A DNA stretch of 64,000 bases from Paracoccus haematequi (GCA_945881965.1 CAMCVS010000001.1:41402-105401); one strand, 5' to 3'. Counted from the stretch's first letter, positions 47,587 through 61,000 are shown. Notes: generated by a model from the letters alone, not told the origin. Program-made: numbers and translations.

Positions 47587-50500
47587 ATGCCGAAACGCAC
47601 CGACATAAAGTCGATCATGATCATTGGCGCCGGGCCCATCGTGATCGGGCAGGCCTGCGAGTTTGACTATTCCGGCGCGCAGGCCTGCAAGGCGCTACGC
47701 GAGGAAGGCTACCGCGTCATCCTTGTGAACTCGAACCCCGCCACCATCATGACCGACCCCGGTCTGGCCGACGCCACCTATATCGAACCCATCACGCCGG
47801 AGGTGGTCGCCAAGATCATCGCGGCCGAACTCCCCGACGCGCTGTTGCCCACGATGGGCGGGCAGACGGCGCTGAACACCGCGCTGGCGCTTGATGACAT
47901 GGGGGTGCTGGCGCAATACGGCGTGCAGATGATCGGCGCCAACCGCCACGCGATTGAGATGGCCGAGGACCGCAAGCTGTTCCGCGAGGCGATGGACCGC
48001 ATCGGCTTGGAAAACCCCAAGGCCACAATCATCGCAGCACCCAAACTGCCCAACGGGAAATATGACATCAAGGCGGGCGTGCAGGCCGCCGTCGAGGCTA
48101 TCGAATATGTCGGCCTGCCCGCGATCATCCGCCCCGCCTTTACCCTTGGCGGCACCGGCGGCGGCGTGGCGTACAATCGCGATGATTACGAGGCCATCGT
48201 GAAATCGGGGCTGGAGGCGTCGCCGGTGGCGCAGGTGCTGGTGGACGAGTCGCTCTTGGGCTGGAAGGAATTCGAGATGGAGGTCGTCCGCGACCGCGCG
48301 GATAACTGCATCATCGTCTGTTCCATCGAAAACGTCGATCCGATGGGCGTGCATACCGGCGACAGCATCACGGTCGCCCCCGCGCTGACGCTGACCGACA
48401 AGGAATATCAGATCATGCGCAATGGCTCCATCGCCGTGCTGCGCGAAATCGGCGTCGAAACCGGCGGGTCCAACGTGCAATGGGCGATCAACCCGGCGGA
48501 TGGCCGCATGGTGGTGATCGAGATGAACCCGCGGGTGTCGCGGTCCTCGGCGCTGGCGTCCAAGGCGACGGGGTTCCCGATTGCCAAGATCGCGGCGAAA
48601 CTGGCGGTGGGTTACACGCTCGACGAATTGGACAATGACATCACCAAGGTCACGCCCGCGTCGTTCGAGCCGACCATCGACTATGTCGTGACGAAAATCC
48701 CGCGCTTTGCGTTTGAGAAATTCCCCGGTGCCGAGCCCCTGCTGACCACGGCAATGAAATCGGTGGGCGAGGCGATGGCGATTGGCCGCACGTTCCACGA
48801 ATCGGTGCAAAAGGCGCTGGCCTCGCTTGAAACCGGCCTGACCGGCTTTGACGAAATCGACATTCCGGGCGTTGGGGGGCCGGGCGCCCCCGACAAATCC
48901 GCCGTCATCGCCGCCCTGTCCCGCGTCACCCCCGATCGGATGCGCGTGATCGCGCAAGCGATGCGGCACGGGCTGTCGGATGACGAGATCCACGCGGTGA
49001 CCCGCTTTGACCCATGGTTCCTGGCCCGTATCCGCGAAATCATCGACGCCGAGGCGGACATTCGCAAATCCGGCCTGCCGGTGACCGAACACGGGTTGCG
49101 CCAGTTGAAAATGCTGGGCTTCACCGATGCCCGGCTGGCGAAACTCACGGGGCGCGACGAAGATCAGGTGCGCCGCGCCCGCCATAACCTTGGCGTTGTG
49201 GCGGTATTCAAACGCATCGACACCTGCGGCGCCGAGTTTGAAGCGCAGACGCCTTACATGTATTCCACCTATGAGGCCCCCGCGATGGGCGACGTGGAAT
49301 GCGAGGCGCGCCCCTCGGACCGCAAAAAGGTCGTGATCCTCGGCGGCGGTCCGAACCGGATCGGACAGGGCATCGAATTTGACTATTGCTGTTGCCATGC
49401 CTGCTATGCGCTGACCGCCGTGGGCTATGAAACCATCATGGTCAATTGCAACCCGGAAACCGTGTCCACCGATTACGACACTTCGGATCGCCTCTATTTC
49501 GAACCGCTGACGTTCGAACATGTGATGGAAATCCTGCGCGTCGAACAGGATAATGGCACATTGCACGGGGTCATCGTGCAATTCGGCGGGCAGACGCCGC
49601 TAAAGCTGGCGAATGCGCTCTATGAGGCGGGTATTCCTATTCTTGGCACCACCCCCGATGCCATCGACCTGGCCGAAGACCGCGAAAGGTTCCAGGGGCT
49701 GGTCACGCAATTGGGTCTGAAGCAGCCAGTGAATGGCATTGCCCGGTCCGGGGCCGAGGCAATTCGTATCGCCGCCGACATCGGCTTTCCCCTCGTGATC
49801 CGCCCGTCTTACGTGCTGGGCGGCCGCGCGATGGAAATCGTCCGCGACTCTGCGCAATTGGAACGCTATATCACGCAGGCCGTCGTGGTGTCGGGCGACA
49901 GCCCGGTATTGCTGGACAGCTATTTGGCCAATGCGGTCGAGGTTGATGTGGATGCGCTGTCCGATGGCACAACCGTGCATGTTGCGGGCATCATGCAGCA
50001 TATCGAAGAGGCGGGCGTCCATTCCGGCGACAGCGCGTGTTCGCTGCCGCCCCATTCCTTGTCCGACGAAATCGTGGCGGAAATCACCCGGCAAACGCAG
50101 GCGCTGGCCTTGGCCTTGGGCGTCGTGGGCCTGATGAACGTGCAATTCGCGGTAAAAGATGGCGTGGTTTACCTGATCGAGGTGAACCCCCGCGCGTCCC
50201 GCACCGTGCCTTTCGTGGCAAAGGCGACCGACAGCGCGATTGCGTCGATCGCCGCGCGGCTGATGGCCGGGGAACCGATGGCGAATTTCCCGCTGCGCGC
50301 CCCCTACCCCGCCGGTGTCGGCCCCGACACGCCCTTGCCGCTGGCCGATGCGATGACGCTGGCCGATCCGAAAACCCCGTGGTTCTCGGTCAAGGAGGCC
50401 GTGCTGCCCTTTGCCCGCTTCCCCGGCGTCGATACGCTGCTGGGTCCCGAAATGCGGTCCACCGGCGAGGTGATGGGCTGGGACCGCACCTTTGCGCTGG

Positions 50501-50931
50501 CGTTTCTCAAGGCGCAGATGGGCGCGGGCACGCATCTGCCGGAAACGGGCCGCGTCTTCGTGTCGATCCGCGACGACGACAAGACGCCGGACATGGCCGC
50601 CGCCCTGCAAGGCCTTGTGGCAATGGGCTTTGACATCATCGCCACCCAAGGCACGCTGGACTGGGCGCGCGCGCATGGCATCGCCACCACCCGCGTCAAC
50701 AAGGTCTATGAGGGCCGCCCGAACATCGTCGACATGCTGAAAGACGACGCCATCGCGCTGGTGTTCAACACCACCGAAGGCGCGCAAGCCATCAACGACA
50801 GCCGCGACATCCGCCGCGTGGCGCTGATGGACAAGATCCCGTATTTCACCACGGCCGCGGCGGCGGTGGCGGCCGTGCAGGCGATGCAGGCGCGCGGCGA
50901 GGGGTATAAGGTGCGGACGTTACAGGGGTGA
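47587..50931 (+). CDS. carB: Carbamoyl-phosphate synthase large subunit
   Basis: 1114 aa with duplicated ATP-grasp halves ([18 protein letters not shown] / [17 protein letters not shown]) and a C-terminal MGS-like domain. Confidence 0.97.
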   Translation: MPKRTDIKSIMIIGAGPIVIGQACEFDYSGAQACKALREEGYRVILVNSNPATIMTDPGLADATYIEPITPEVVAKIIAAELPDALLPTMGGQTALNTALALDDMGVLAQYGVQMIGANRHAIEMAEDRKLFREAMDRIGLENPKATIIAAPKLPNGKYDIKAGVQAAVEAIEYVGLPAIIRPAFTLGGTGGGVAYNRDDYEAIVKSGLEASPVAQVLVDESLLGWKEFEMEVVRDRADNCIIVCSIENVDPMGVHTGDSITVAPALTLTDKEYQIMRNGSIAVLREIGVETGGSNVQWAINPADGRMVVIEMNPRVSRSSALASKATGFPIAKIAAKLAVGYTLDELDNDITKVTPASFEPTIDYVVTKIPRFAFEKFPGAEPLLTTAMKSVGEAMAIGRTFHESVQKALASLETGLTGFDEIDIPGVGGPGAPDKSAVIAALSRVTPDRMRVIAQAMRHGLSDDEIHAVTRFDPWFLARIREIIDAEADIRKSGLPVTEHGLRQLKMLGFTDARLAKLTGRDEDQVRRARHNLGVVAVFKRIDTCGAEFEAQTPYMYSTYEAPAMGDVECEARPSDRKKVVILGGGPNRIGQGIEFDYCCCHACYALTAVGYETIMVNCNPETVSTDYDTSDRLYFEPLTFEHVMEILRVEQDNGTLHGVIVQFGGQTPLKLANALYEAGIPILGTTPDAIDLAEDRERFQGLVTQLGLKQPVNGIARSGAEAIRIAADIGFPLVIRPSYVLGGRAMEIVRDSAQLERYITQAVVVSGDSPVLLDSYLANAVEVDVDALSDGTTVHVAGIMQHIEEAGVHSGDSACSLPPHSLSDEIVAEITRQTQALALALGVVGLMNVQFAVKDGVVYLIEVNPRASRTVPFVAKATDSAIASIAARLMAGEPMANFPLRAPYPAGVGPDTPLPLADAMTLADPKTPWFSVKEAVLPFARFPGVDTLLGPEMRSTGEVMGWDRTFALAFLKAQMGAGTHLPETGRVFVSIRDDDKTPDMAAALQGLVAMGFDIIATQGTLDWARAHGIATTRVNKVYEGRPNIVDMLKDDAIALVFNTTEGAQAINDSRDIRRVALMDKIPYFTTAAAAVAAVQAMQARGEGYKVRTLQG

Positions 50932-51038
50932 GTCTAAAATGACCACTAATTGAGGCTCAAACAAACCAGTTGTAACGCCCTATGCTCAGTTGTAACTTTA
51001 TAACTAGGAGAAGTCTCGAGCATCAGAGTTACACTATC

Positions 51039-51191
51039 ATGGATTATTTGCTTCTTTTAGGTTTTATCGTGGGTCTAGGCATGTTGTTTCTTGGATTTGT
51101 TATGGTTTTTCAAGGCAATTTTGAGGGAGCGTTATTTGCGATAGTTTTTGGTGGATTGATGACGTCGTGCGTTCATTACGTCACCTCGTGA
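51039..51191 (+). CDS. Possible small membrane protein inside the low-GC islet
   Basis: MDYLLLLGFIVGLGMLFLGFVMVFQGNFEGALFAIVFGGLMTSC has two hydrophobic helices. No convincing RBS. AT-rich foreign-looking DNA. Confidence 0.25.
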   Translation: MDYLLLLGFIVGLGMLFLGFVMVFQGNFEGALFAIVFGGLMTSCVHYVTS

Positions 51192-51330
51192 ATTTGCATC
51201 GCAAGCCTACTTGTGGAATTTCCAGAATAGGACGAGAAACATCTATAGATGGCTTTTAGGCAAATGGTAAAAACTTCAATGCGACCGTAGGGAACGTCAG
51301 AGCCACACCGACCCTTGCCATTGCCAGAGC

Positions 51331-51355
51331 GAAAACAGTCCCCTGAACTGTTTTC
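51331..51355. terminator. A/T-flanked hairpin in the low-GC islet
   Basis: gaaaacagt-cccctga-actgttttc, 9-bp stem with T/A runs on both arms (bidirectional-terminator-like). Confidence 0.35.
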
Positions 51356-51476
51356 AGTGTTTCACAGGCACTCATGCTTTAGTCCGCTGGTTACAAGAGA
51401 CAACTACGGGGAAAAGAGGGGTATCAACGATTTTAGAGAAAAACGTCCAAACCGCCTCAAAAGACTGGCTTCCGCC

Positions 51477-51980
51477 CTACCCCGTCTCCTCCTCCAGATG
51501 CAGCTTCATATCAATCAGCACCTGCTGGATCACCAGCGTCTCGCGCAGCAGTCGCTTGGCCTCGTTGACTGATATTTTGCCGTCCGCGATCGACAGGTTG
51601 TATTCCGCCATCAGCATCGCAAACCGTTGCGCCAGCGTGATGACATCGGTGTTCACCCCGCCACTTTGCGGCGCGTTGTCGCCGCGTTCTTCGAGGCTGA
51701 GCGTGATGCCGCGCAGGTCCGCCAGCGCTGCCGTGACATGCGGGAACGACGCCGCAGCTTCAAGTTGGGCCACCGTGTCGATGGGCATGAACCGGTCGGC
51801 ATGTTCCGCGCTTTCGGAATAATACCGCCCCAGCGTCGCCTTGGATTTGCCGGTCAGGCGACAGGCGGCCTCGATGCCGACGTCCTTGACCAGCGCCTCG
51901 CAATGTTTCTTCAGATAGCCGTCCAGAACCTGCATCAGACCCTCATCACCCGGCGGGGAAAGCGTAAAGTCTTTTCCCAT
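51477..51980 (-). CDS. Putative phage CII/CP76-like regulatory protein
   Basis: 167 aa. N-terminal HTH-like AACRLTGKSKATLGRYYS and a C-terminal helical region (ITLAQRFAMLMAEYNLSIADGKISVNEAKRLLRE) resembling the phage regulatory CII (CP76) family. Resemblance only. Confidence 0.5.
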   Translation of the reverse strand: MGKDFTLSPPGDEGLMQVLDGYLKKHCEALVKDVGIEAACRLTGKSKATLGRYYSESAEHADRFMPIDTVAQLEAAASFPHVTAALADLRGITLSLEERGDNAPQSGGVNTDVITLAQRFAMLMAEYNLSIADGKISVNEAKRLLRETLVIQQVLIDMKLHLEEETG

Positions 51981-52011
51981 TAATCGCTTCGGCCCCGGAT
52001 GTCATGAGGAA

Positions 52012-52035
52012 ACCGACCCGCGGTGCCGGGTCGGT
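52012..52035 (-). terminator. Hairpin between the giant RTX gene stop and the CII-like gene
   Basis: accgacccg-cggtgc-cgggtcggt, followed by TTTCC on the minus strand. Confidence 0.4.
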
Positions 52036-52089
52036 ATGCGTTGCCGGTGATGCCAGACCGGATCGGGCGTAACCCGCCCAAGACCTAGC

Positions 52090-55000
52090 TCAGAACACGA
52101 AGAAATCCGCCTCGCTGAGGATCACGCCAAGGCCCACGGTTGCGAAATGGACGCGCGCGGTGGCGGCAGAGCCGTCCGCGTCGTAAAAGACCGCGCCGGT
52201 GGCCGTGTCATGCATGATGCGGGTGTTAGCCGTCGTGGCAATTCCCCCGACATTCGCCGCGAATTGCAGGGCGGTAATTGCGCCGGGCAAAAGCGCCGTG
52301 AACACCGCGTCATCCAGACCGAAATCATCCACATTCCGGGTGAAATCGGTGATGGTATCGACCCCCGCGCTAGTGAATGCGGTGGCGAAGATGAAATCAT
52401 CCGCCCCGCCGCCGCCCGTCAACGTGTCGTCACCACCCCGGCCCTCCAGCTGGTTGTCGCGCGCATTGCCGGTCAGCATATTGGCCAGCGCATTGCCGGT
52501 GGCATTGATATTGGCCGTGCCGGTCAGGGTCAGGTTCTCGACAAACCGGATGCCAGCTTCGGTATCGAGGCTGTAGGTCACCTTGCTTTGCACCGTGTCA
52601 GTCCCGCCCGCGTCAATGCCGCTGGTGGTGGTGGTGGTCTCGATCACCCGGTCGCCGACACGTTCCACGATATATGTGTCGTTGCCGCCCAACCCGATCA
52701 TGAGGTCATTGCCGCTGCCGCCGTTCAACAGGTTATTGCCGGAATTGCCGGTCAATTGATTGGCCAGCGTATTTCCCGTTCCGTCGATGTTTGCCGTTCC
52801 GGTCAGGATCAGACGTTCGACAAATTGCAGGCCGGGGACCCCGAAAAGCGCGAAGCTGATCGAACTTTGCACCGTATCGGTACCACCTGCGTCGATGCTG
52901 CTGGTGGTTGTCGTGGTCTCGAACACCCTGTCGCCGCTGTTTTCAACGATATAGGTATCGTTGCCTGCGCCACCGATCATGGAGTCTGCGCCGGTGCCGC
53001 CATCCAGGCGGTTGTTCAACGCATTGCCGGTCAGCGTATTGGCCAAGGCGTTGCCGGTGGCATTGATGGTGCGGGTGCCGGTCAGGGTCAGACGTTCGAC
53101 GAATTGCACGCCGACATCAGTTGCCAGGCTGTAGGTGATGCTGCTGAGCACCGTATCCGTGCCGCCTGCGTCGATGCCGCTGGTCGTGGTCGTCGTTTCG
53201 AACACGCGGTCGCCCGCGCTGTCCACGACATAGGTGTCGCTGCTGGACCCGCCCAGCATGGTGTCATTCCCCGCGCCGCCGTCCAGCGTATCGGCGCTGC
53301 TGTCGCCAAACAACTGGTCATCGCCCTCGCCGCCGACCATGGAATCGATGCCCGCACCGCCGATGATTGTGTCATTGCCGCCGAACCCGAACAACGTGTC
53401 GTTGCCGGCACCGCCCAACAGCGTGTTGGCGCTGTCAGTGCCGATCAGGCTGTCGGCGAAACCGCTGCCGGTGACCGCCTCGATGCTGTCATAGATGTCG
53501 CCCGCCGCCTCGCCGGTATTCAGCAGCGCGTTCAGCAGGTTAACCACCACGCCCGCCGCCGCGGTGGAATAATCCGCCGTGTCGATGCCATTGCCGCCTG
53601 TCAGCGCATCGCCACCCGCGCCGCCGATCAGCACGTCATCCCCCTCGCCGCCGTCGAGCGCATCATTGCCCGCACCGCCGTTCAGCGTATCCAGCCCGGC
53701 ATCGCCGTTCAGCGTGTCGTCGCCCGCCTCGCCCAGCAGGGTGTCGTTTTCGGTGCCGCCGTGCATCTCGTCCGCGCCATCGCCCCCCACCAGACTGTCG
53801 GTGCCCGAGTCGCCATGGATCAGATCGTCGCCCGCATGGCCCGTCAGGGTGTCATTGCCGACCTGACCTTTCAACAGATCACGCCCGTCGCCGCCGTTCA
53901 GGCGGTCATTGCCGTCGCCGCCTTCCAGCACGTCATCGCCGTCTTCGCCGTTCAGCGTGTCATTGCCGATGCCGCCGTGCAGGCGGTTGGCCTCGCTGTT
54001 GCCGGTCAGTGCATCGTGGCTGCTGCCGCCGAACACGCCTTCGACATTGCTCACGATGTCGAACTGCGCCGCACCTGCCACCACCGCAGGGCCGCCGGTG
54101 TCGGACAGCGTCACCGTGACCGAAATGGCGCTTGGGGCATAGGACACGATGTCAAACCCGTTCCCGCCGTTGACGTTGTCAAAGCTGCCCGCGACGATCG
54201 TGTCGTTGCCTTCGCCGCCGTTCAGGGTATCTGCGCTGGATGCGCCGACCAGCAGGTCATTGCCGCTGCCACCTTCGAGCAAACTTTGGGTGCCGTTGCC
54301 TGCGGTCAGCGTATCGTCGCCGTCGCCGCCAAAGATCGAATCCAACCCGTCGCCATCGCCGCCGTGGATCGTGTCATTGCCGCGCCCGCCTTCGATCCGG
54401 TCGGTGCCCACGCCGCCGTTGATGCTGTCATCGCCTTCTTCACCGCGCAGGGTGTCGGCACCTTCGCCGCCCAGGATCGTGTCATTTCCTGCGCCACCAA
54501 AGACGGTGTCATTGCCGGTTCCAGCGTCGATGCTGTCGCCCAGATCGGCCGCAGAGATGCCGCCGATGATGCTGTCCGCGCCTTCACCGCCCAGAATGGT
54601 GTCGGACGCATCCGCGCCAAACAGCGAATCGTTGCCGTCCGCCCCGGTCAGCCGGTCGGCACCGCCATTACCCCACAGGATGTTGGCCAGTCCGTCGCCA
54701 ACGATGACATCCGCCTGCGCCGTGCCGATGATATTCTCGATCTCGGTCAGTGCGGCGATATTGACCCGCGTCCCGGTCACCACGGTTGGCCCGCTGCGGT
54801 GGAACACGTTCAACCCGGCGGTCGCCAGGCTGACGTTGATGGCAAAGCCGAACTCGGCAAAATTGCCGGTATCCAGACCGTTGCCGCCCACCCAGGTGTC
54901 GCGGCCCGCCGTATAGGTGAACAGGTCATTGCCGTCCTGGCCGCTGACCGTGTCATTGCCCAGCCCGCCAACCAGAATGTTGTTCAGGCCATTGCCCTGA

Positions 55001-58000
55001 ATGACATCGTTGAACGCGGTGCCGATCACGCCTTCGACATCCAGCTCCGGGGTGGCAATAATCGTATGGAACACCCCGCCGACAGCGGTCGCGGTGTCGT
55101 TGGTCTGAACCGTCTGCGTATCGTTGGCCAGATCAACCGCCACGGCACTGGTCAGGCGCGCCAGGTCCAGCGTATCGGACCCGATCCCGCCAAAGAAGGC
55201 ATCAAAGCCCTCCGAATAGATCAGGGTGTCATTGCCGTCGCCGCCAAGGAACACGTCATTGCCACCTTCACCGGCAAAGCCGTTGTCGCCCGAATCACCG
55301 GTCAGCGTATCGTCACCGGTGCTGCCAACCACGTTCTCGATCCGGGTGAAGAACAAGCTGACGTAAGACGCGGTCAGGTCGATATCCCAACTGGTCCGGC
55401 CGTCGATCTGCAAGCTGTCGTTACCCTCGCCACCGTCAAGCAAGTAGTCGAAGACGGGCGGATCCATCGTCGGATCGACCTGCGGCAGGAAAATGCGCAG
55501 CAGGTCATCGCCGTCGCCCCCAAGCAGTTCGGTGCGCCCGCCAAGCGCCACCAGCGTGTCATTGCCATCGCCCCCCACGAGTTGCGACAGCGTGATTGGC
55601 GTGCCCGGTGGCACCATGACATTGCCTTCAAGGTAATCACCGTGCCGCGACCCGATGACGGCAAAGATGTCGTCCATCACCATCGCGCGCCGGGTGCCCT
55701 GACCCGTGATGGTGTCCAGATCATCGGTCCGCGCGATGCCTGATGCCAACCGGACATGAACGGCCGCGTCGAACATGCTGAAACTGACGGTGTTCTGGCC
55801 GCCGAGGAACACATTCGTGCCGGTCACCTCGTCAAAGCCGCCGGTATAATAATAGGCTTGCAGGAACTCACGATTGGCGGGATCGAGCTGATCTGCTGCC
55901 GACAACTGAATGGTATCGTTCCCGATCCCACCGACGAAACCTTCGATCCCGTCCAACTGGCCGATCTGCACGCCGTCTTTGAAGACTTGCCCGCCGCCGA
56001 CAGACACGCCGGTCTCGAACCCATCGAAATACGCCAGATCGAACCCGGCCCCGCCGATCATGTTGTCAAAAGCGGCCAAGGCATCAGAGATCAGATGGTC
56101 ATTGCCATCCTCGCCGCGCAGGGTGTTGGTGCCATCGCCACCCAACAGCGTGTCATTGCCGAAAAAGCCCAACAGCAGGTCATTGCCGTCACCGCCGAAC
56201 AGAAGGTCATTTCCGTTCAGTCCGTTAAGCACATCCTCGCCGTCGCCGCCCTGCAATTCATTGTCGTCGTCGTTGCCCTGAATGTTGTCGGCAAACCGGG
56301 TGCCCCGGATAAAGGCGATATTGAACAGCCGGTCCGTCGCACCGTGGCTGTCGGTGCCTGCGATATGCGCGCTTAGTCCCGGGGTGAACGCCTGAAATAC
56401 CAGATCAAGCCCCTGCGTGCCGGTCTCTGTGTCGTAATCAACAAAGCCCAGCCGCCCGGTGCTGATGAAGGTGTCCGCCCCGTTATGGCCGGTCATCACG
56501 TTGAAGCCCAACCCGCCGTCGATGATGTTGTCACCGTCGTTGCCAATCAGTTCATCGTCGAAATCCGTACCGCGCAGGTTGTCGATGCCGGTCAGGCTGG
56601 CAATTGTCGTCTCGTTCTCGCCATCATCGGACAGCACCGGTGCGCCCGTGCGCAGGTTGATAACCACACGCGCGGTATGTTGGGCGAAACTGACCCAATC
56701 GCTGCCGATGCCCCCGTCGATGGTGTCATGACCGTTGCCGATATACGAGATGATGTCATCGCCATCGCCGCCCTGCACGCTGTCATTGCCATTGCCGGTC
56801 TCGATCAGGTCATCCTCGGTGCCACCATCAAGGCTGTCATCGCCGTCACCGCCGCGCAGCACATCGTTGCCATGCCCGCCGATGATGGTGTCGTTGCCCT
56901 CGTCGCCCTGCAACACGTCGTCGTTGTTGCCGCCGTCGATGCTGTCATTGCCCAACCCGCCGAACAGCGCGTCATCGCCGTCGATGCCGAAAAGGCTGTC
57001 GTTGCCCGCGTCCGCGACAAAGGTGTTGCCCACGGCCGAGCCGATCATCTGGTCGTCAAACCGCGATCCCGCCGCATGTTCGACGGCACTATAGATGTCG
57101 CCTTGGGCAAAACCGCCGCTGCCGGACTGAAGCCCCAGATCGACGAGCACGCCGCTATCGGCATCGACATAAGACACACCGTCCTGCCCCACACCGCCAA
57201 AGAACAGGTCAGCCCCGGCCCCGGCACGCGCAAAGTCATCGCCGTTACCCATATGAATCTCGCGCCCGACATGGTTGCCCGGACCAAAATCATCATCACC
57301 ATCCGTGCCAATCACCACAGAGGCCGCCGCCTCGACCAACCCGGTAAAGGCGCCGAACCCCGACAGGTCGATGGTAAAGAACGAATCCGTCGTCATTATC
57401 GCGAAATTCGACCCGTTCGGGCCCGCCGCAAAATAATCCACCACCCGTAAGGTGCTGGACACAAAGAACTCCGGCGAGGTTGTGATCAACAGGTCCAGAC
57501 CATCATTCGCAAAGGACAGCTCGGCAAAAGTCGCGCCGGTAAACATCAGGATGGTGTCGGTAAAGCTGTCGGTTTCGTTCAGGATCACCGCCGACCCGAA
57601 CAGGTCATCAAAGACATAGGTGTCCCGACCAGCCCCACCTATCATCACGTTATTACCCTGACGCACAATCAGCACGTCATCGCCATCACCGCCAACCAAT
57701 TGGTTCTGCCCAAACCCGCCCATCAGCACGTCATTGCCGCTGCTGCCGGTGGCAAAAATCTCGCTCACACCCGAGTAATTGATCGAATTGGACCCGTGAT
57801 AAGCATTGGTGAAACTGATTGTGGCATCCAGAATCTGCTGGAACACCGACAAATCCTGCAAACCCGTTACGCGCGACAGGATCGGACCGATCTGTTGAAA
57901 GTTCACATCGAAAAATTGCAGTTCAACGGCACCGCTGGCGACATAGACAATTGTGTCGCCGGCACCAGACCCGAATACAGTATCATTGCCACCAGTATGG

Positions 58001-61000
58001 GTAAACAGACCGCCGCCTGTGCCGACCTGGAACACGTCATTGCCCAGCCCGGACTCGAATGTGACAAACCCGTCGCCGCCAAAGACCGCATCACCCAGAT
58101 CGCCACCGCGCACCAGATGCGTTCCCTCGCCCAGATAGAGGTGGAACCGTTCAAACCCGCCAATATTCAGATCATCAGCGGCCTCGTAGACATCGCTGCG
58201 ACGTGCATCGAAATACATATCACCGAAACTGTTGTTCGGGTTGACCGAAAAGCGGAAATCACCCGCGAACAAATCGGCATCGCCAACTCGCTCACCACCC
58301 CAATAATTCTCGCCATACTGGAACAGTGCAATTTCATCGGTGGAATCAGAACCCGCAAATTCGACCTTGGAGATGTTGCTGTAATCGACCGCGAAATCCC
58401 GCGTGGTGTAAATGAACCGCGACGCAGTCAACGCTTCCGTGACAACCTGCCCGATATCGGTATGGCTGCTGAAAGCGGTCAGCGGGCCGTTCGTGTTGAT
58501 CTCCGACCCACCCGACGTAAAGGCGCGCAGGTTCGATACGCCGTTCGCTGCGCCGCCCAGCAACAGCACATCGCGTCCAGTCAAATCGCGGAAATCACCG
58601 CCGCTGATTGTATCATTTCCGATGGCAAGCCAGGTGAACAAATCATTGCCAGCCCCGCCCAGCAATACGTTATTGCCTTCGCCGCCACCAAGCGTATCAT
58701 TTCCCGCGCCACTGGCAAAGTAATCATCAAGCTCGCCACCGATCAGGCGATCATTGCCATCGCCGGTCAGCAAAACACCGCGATCAATCCCTTCGATATA
58801 GATCGTATTGGCCAGCACATAGCCATCCGATCCATCAAGCGCCTCATCATCCTGAATAACAAAGATTATACCGGCACTGAAACCTCGCAAATCGGCAACA
58901 AACGTATCGTCATCATTCGCGCGTTCGCCGCCGATATAGCTGATCCCGCCCTGATAGATCATCAGGTCGTCTTGCGCGGCGGCCCCGCGAATATTCACCA
59001 CCTCGATGCCAAAGGTCCGCGCGTAACCGCCATTCACGCCATTTCCAAAGCTGAGTTCTTTCGCGAAACTGTCGGTGCTAGCTGTAAGGTCCAAGGCCTC
59101 CAGCAACAATTGGGCCGAGTCATAGGCCCAATAGAATGAGTCGGTCCCAGCCAATGGCACCCCATTTGCCGTATCGGTAAAGCGATAGCGCAATCCATGC
59201 GCTTCGACGCCATTGGCGGAAACCTCCAGCCGGTCAAGGCCCGTGCCGCCATCCAGAATATCCGATCCGCCGTTGCTCCAATAGAACAGGTCATTCCCGG
59301 CACCGCCGATCAGCGTATCACTCTGCGCTTCAAGCAATGTCCGCGCGCTGCCAAGCAGAATGTCATTGCCGTCGCCCCCCGCCAGATAATCGCTCAGGCC
59401 GCCGCCAATAAGAACATCGTTGGCTGTTGTCGCAGTCACGATAAGCCGCTCAAAGCCGTCAATTACGGTCTCGCCGTAATAACCGTCAATCCCGTCACGG
59501 CCCGCCATCAGATTGATGCCGCCACGCGGCCCAAACCCATCAAGGCTGTGATAGCGCGAAAAATCTGCGGCAAAGGTGTCGATGCCCAAACCACCATCAT
59601 ATCGCGTGCCGCCAAGGAAAATCGCCAGATCATCACCGGATCCACCGGCCACGATGCTGATATGTTCGACGTCGTCTCTGAACTCCATGGTATTCGCCAC
59701 GCCGTTACGCAGCGAAATATAGAATTCGGGTCCGACAGAAAAAATGGGTGCGGCTATGTTACCCGGCGAGACGAGTGCCGAAAAGTTGAAAACAGAAAGA
59801 GTGTTATAGAACGCCTGAATACTTGCGAAGTCTGTTGTGGCGCCTATTCCGGATGTTCCACCAAGCAAGCTCGACGCGATGGACCCGGCAGCGGACCCGG
59901 TATTGAAAATGACATCATAACGCAGACCCTGCGAACCCGCGGAAACAAAGGCGTTGTCTATTCCGGTTCCGCCATAGATGATATCATTCGCCGTGACCGC
60001 GAAACTTGAAAACGCACTGATATAGACGTCATCGCCGCCACCCAGAATGGCGATATCTGCATTTGCATCGGCTGGCATGGTCACGATATCATCACCGTTG
60101 CCGGTCACGAAAACGTCGCTGAAAATCCAGCCAACCAGATAATCATCCGCGGCTCCGGTCTCAATGATTGCGCGTTCGATATTGCGGACGGTCAGATCAA
60201 CGATTGCAGGATCATTGGCAAACAACTCGATGCCACCCGCTGTTGCGGGGTTGCCATCCTGTTCGTCAGTCACTGATTTGTTCAGATCCCAACGGATCGC
60301 AACATCGCCATAATGGGCCGCAAAATTGGCGATAAAGGTGTCAAATTGCGTTGTTTGGTTTGAACCACCGTCGATAAAACTTGTATCATTGCCGCTAAGA
60401 ACAATTGCGTCGGCATTGGCTGTTCCCGCGACGTTGACGGAAGTATTGACAGTCAGGACTTTGAGATTTGTCGAATATTGCACGCTTGCATTCGGGCTCG
60501 ATGCCGAAAACTGCAAGAGCTGGTAGCCGGTCAAATTTGACACCGCTGAATTAACCCGACCGAAACCGACAAATCCGGACGTCAGTGGCGTCGACGGTGT
60601 TTCCAGCAAAGTATCCACAGTTGCGACGCTGCCATTCGTCGTGTTCAGCGTCACGCCATTTGTGAAGGCTCCGGTCCACACGAACATGACGGGTCCGGAC
60701 AATGCGGAATAGTTGTAGTTCGGACCCAACCCATCCAAATCATCGGGTCGAACATCGAAACCGCTCATCTCATAATTGGCCTGCGTTGCGACCCGGTTTG
60801 CGTGCGCTGCTGCGAAGAAACCATAAAGCGCCTCTTCGGCGTTGGGCAAATTCGGTTGCCAGCCAGTCGGGGCCAGTGCAGGATCGACGAACAGCACCTT
60901 GTATTTTTCGGTTTCGGTATTGAAGGCGGAACCGGCGACTTCGAATGTGTCTTCGTAGATATTGCCGAGGTTTACTTGAAAACCGCCCTCGGGAATTTGG

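Noticed and set aside
47695-50787. Minus-strand ORFs 47695..49581 (628 aa) and 49600..50787 (395 aa)
   Set aside because: They are antisense to carB, whose identity is unambiguous.
51257-51376. 39-aa hydrophobic minus-strand ORF (MSACETLKTVQGTVFALAMARVGVALTFPTVALKFLPFA) as a possible type I toxin
   Set aside because: It has no convincing RBS. A 9-bp hairpin (51331-51355) sits inside it, and no partner antisense RNA features are visible. It is too speculative.
52400-57500. Periodic DNA repeats that could be mistaken for a CRISPR array or satellite
   Set aside because: The periodicity is 27 nt and degenerate, and it lies in frame within a continuous 10-kb ORF as RTX nonapeptide repeats. There is no repeat-spacer structure, leader or cas gene.
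52147-60009. Series of long plus-strand ORFs (52147..55743, 55756..56376, 56485..57450, 57700..59139, 59197..60009)
   Set aside because: All are antisense to the RTX gene. Their repetitive (I/V)A..A(V/A)Q-type translations are the mirror image of the GGxGxD-coding repeats. They have no start context and no independent motifs.
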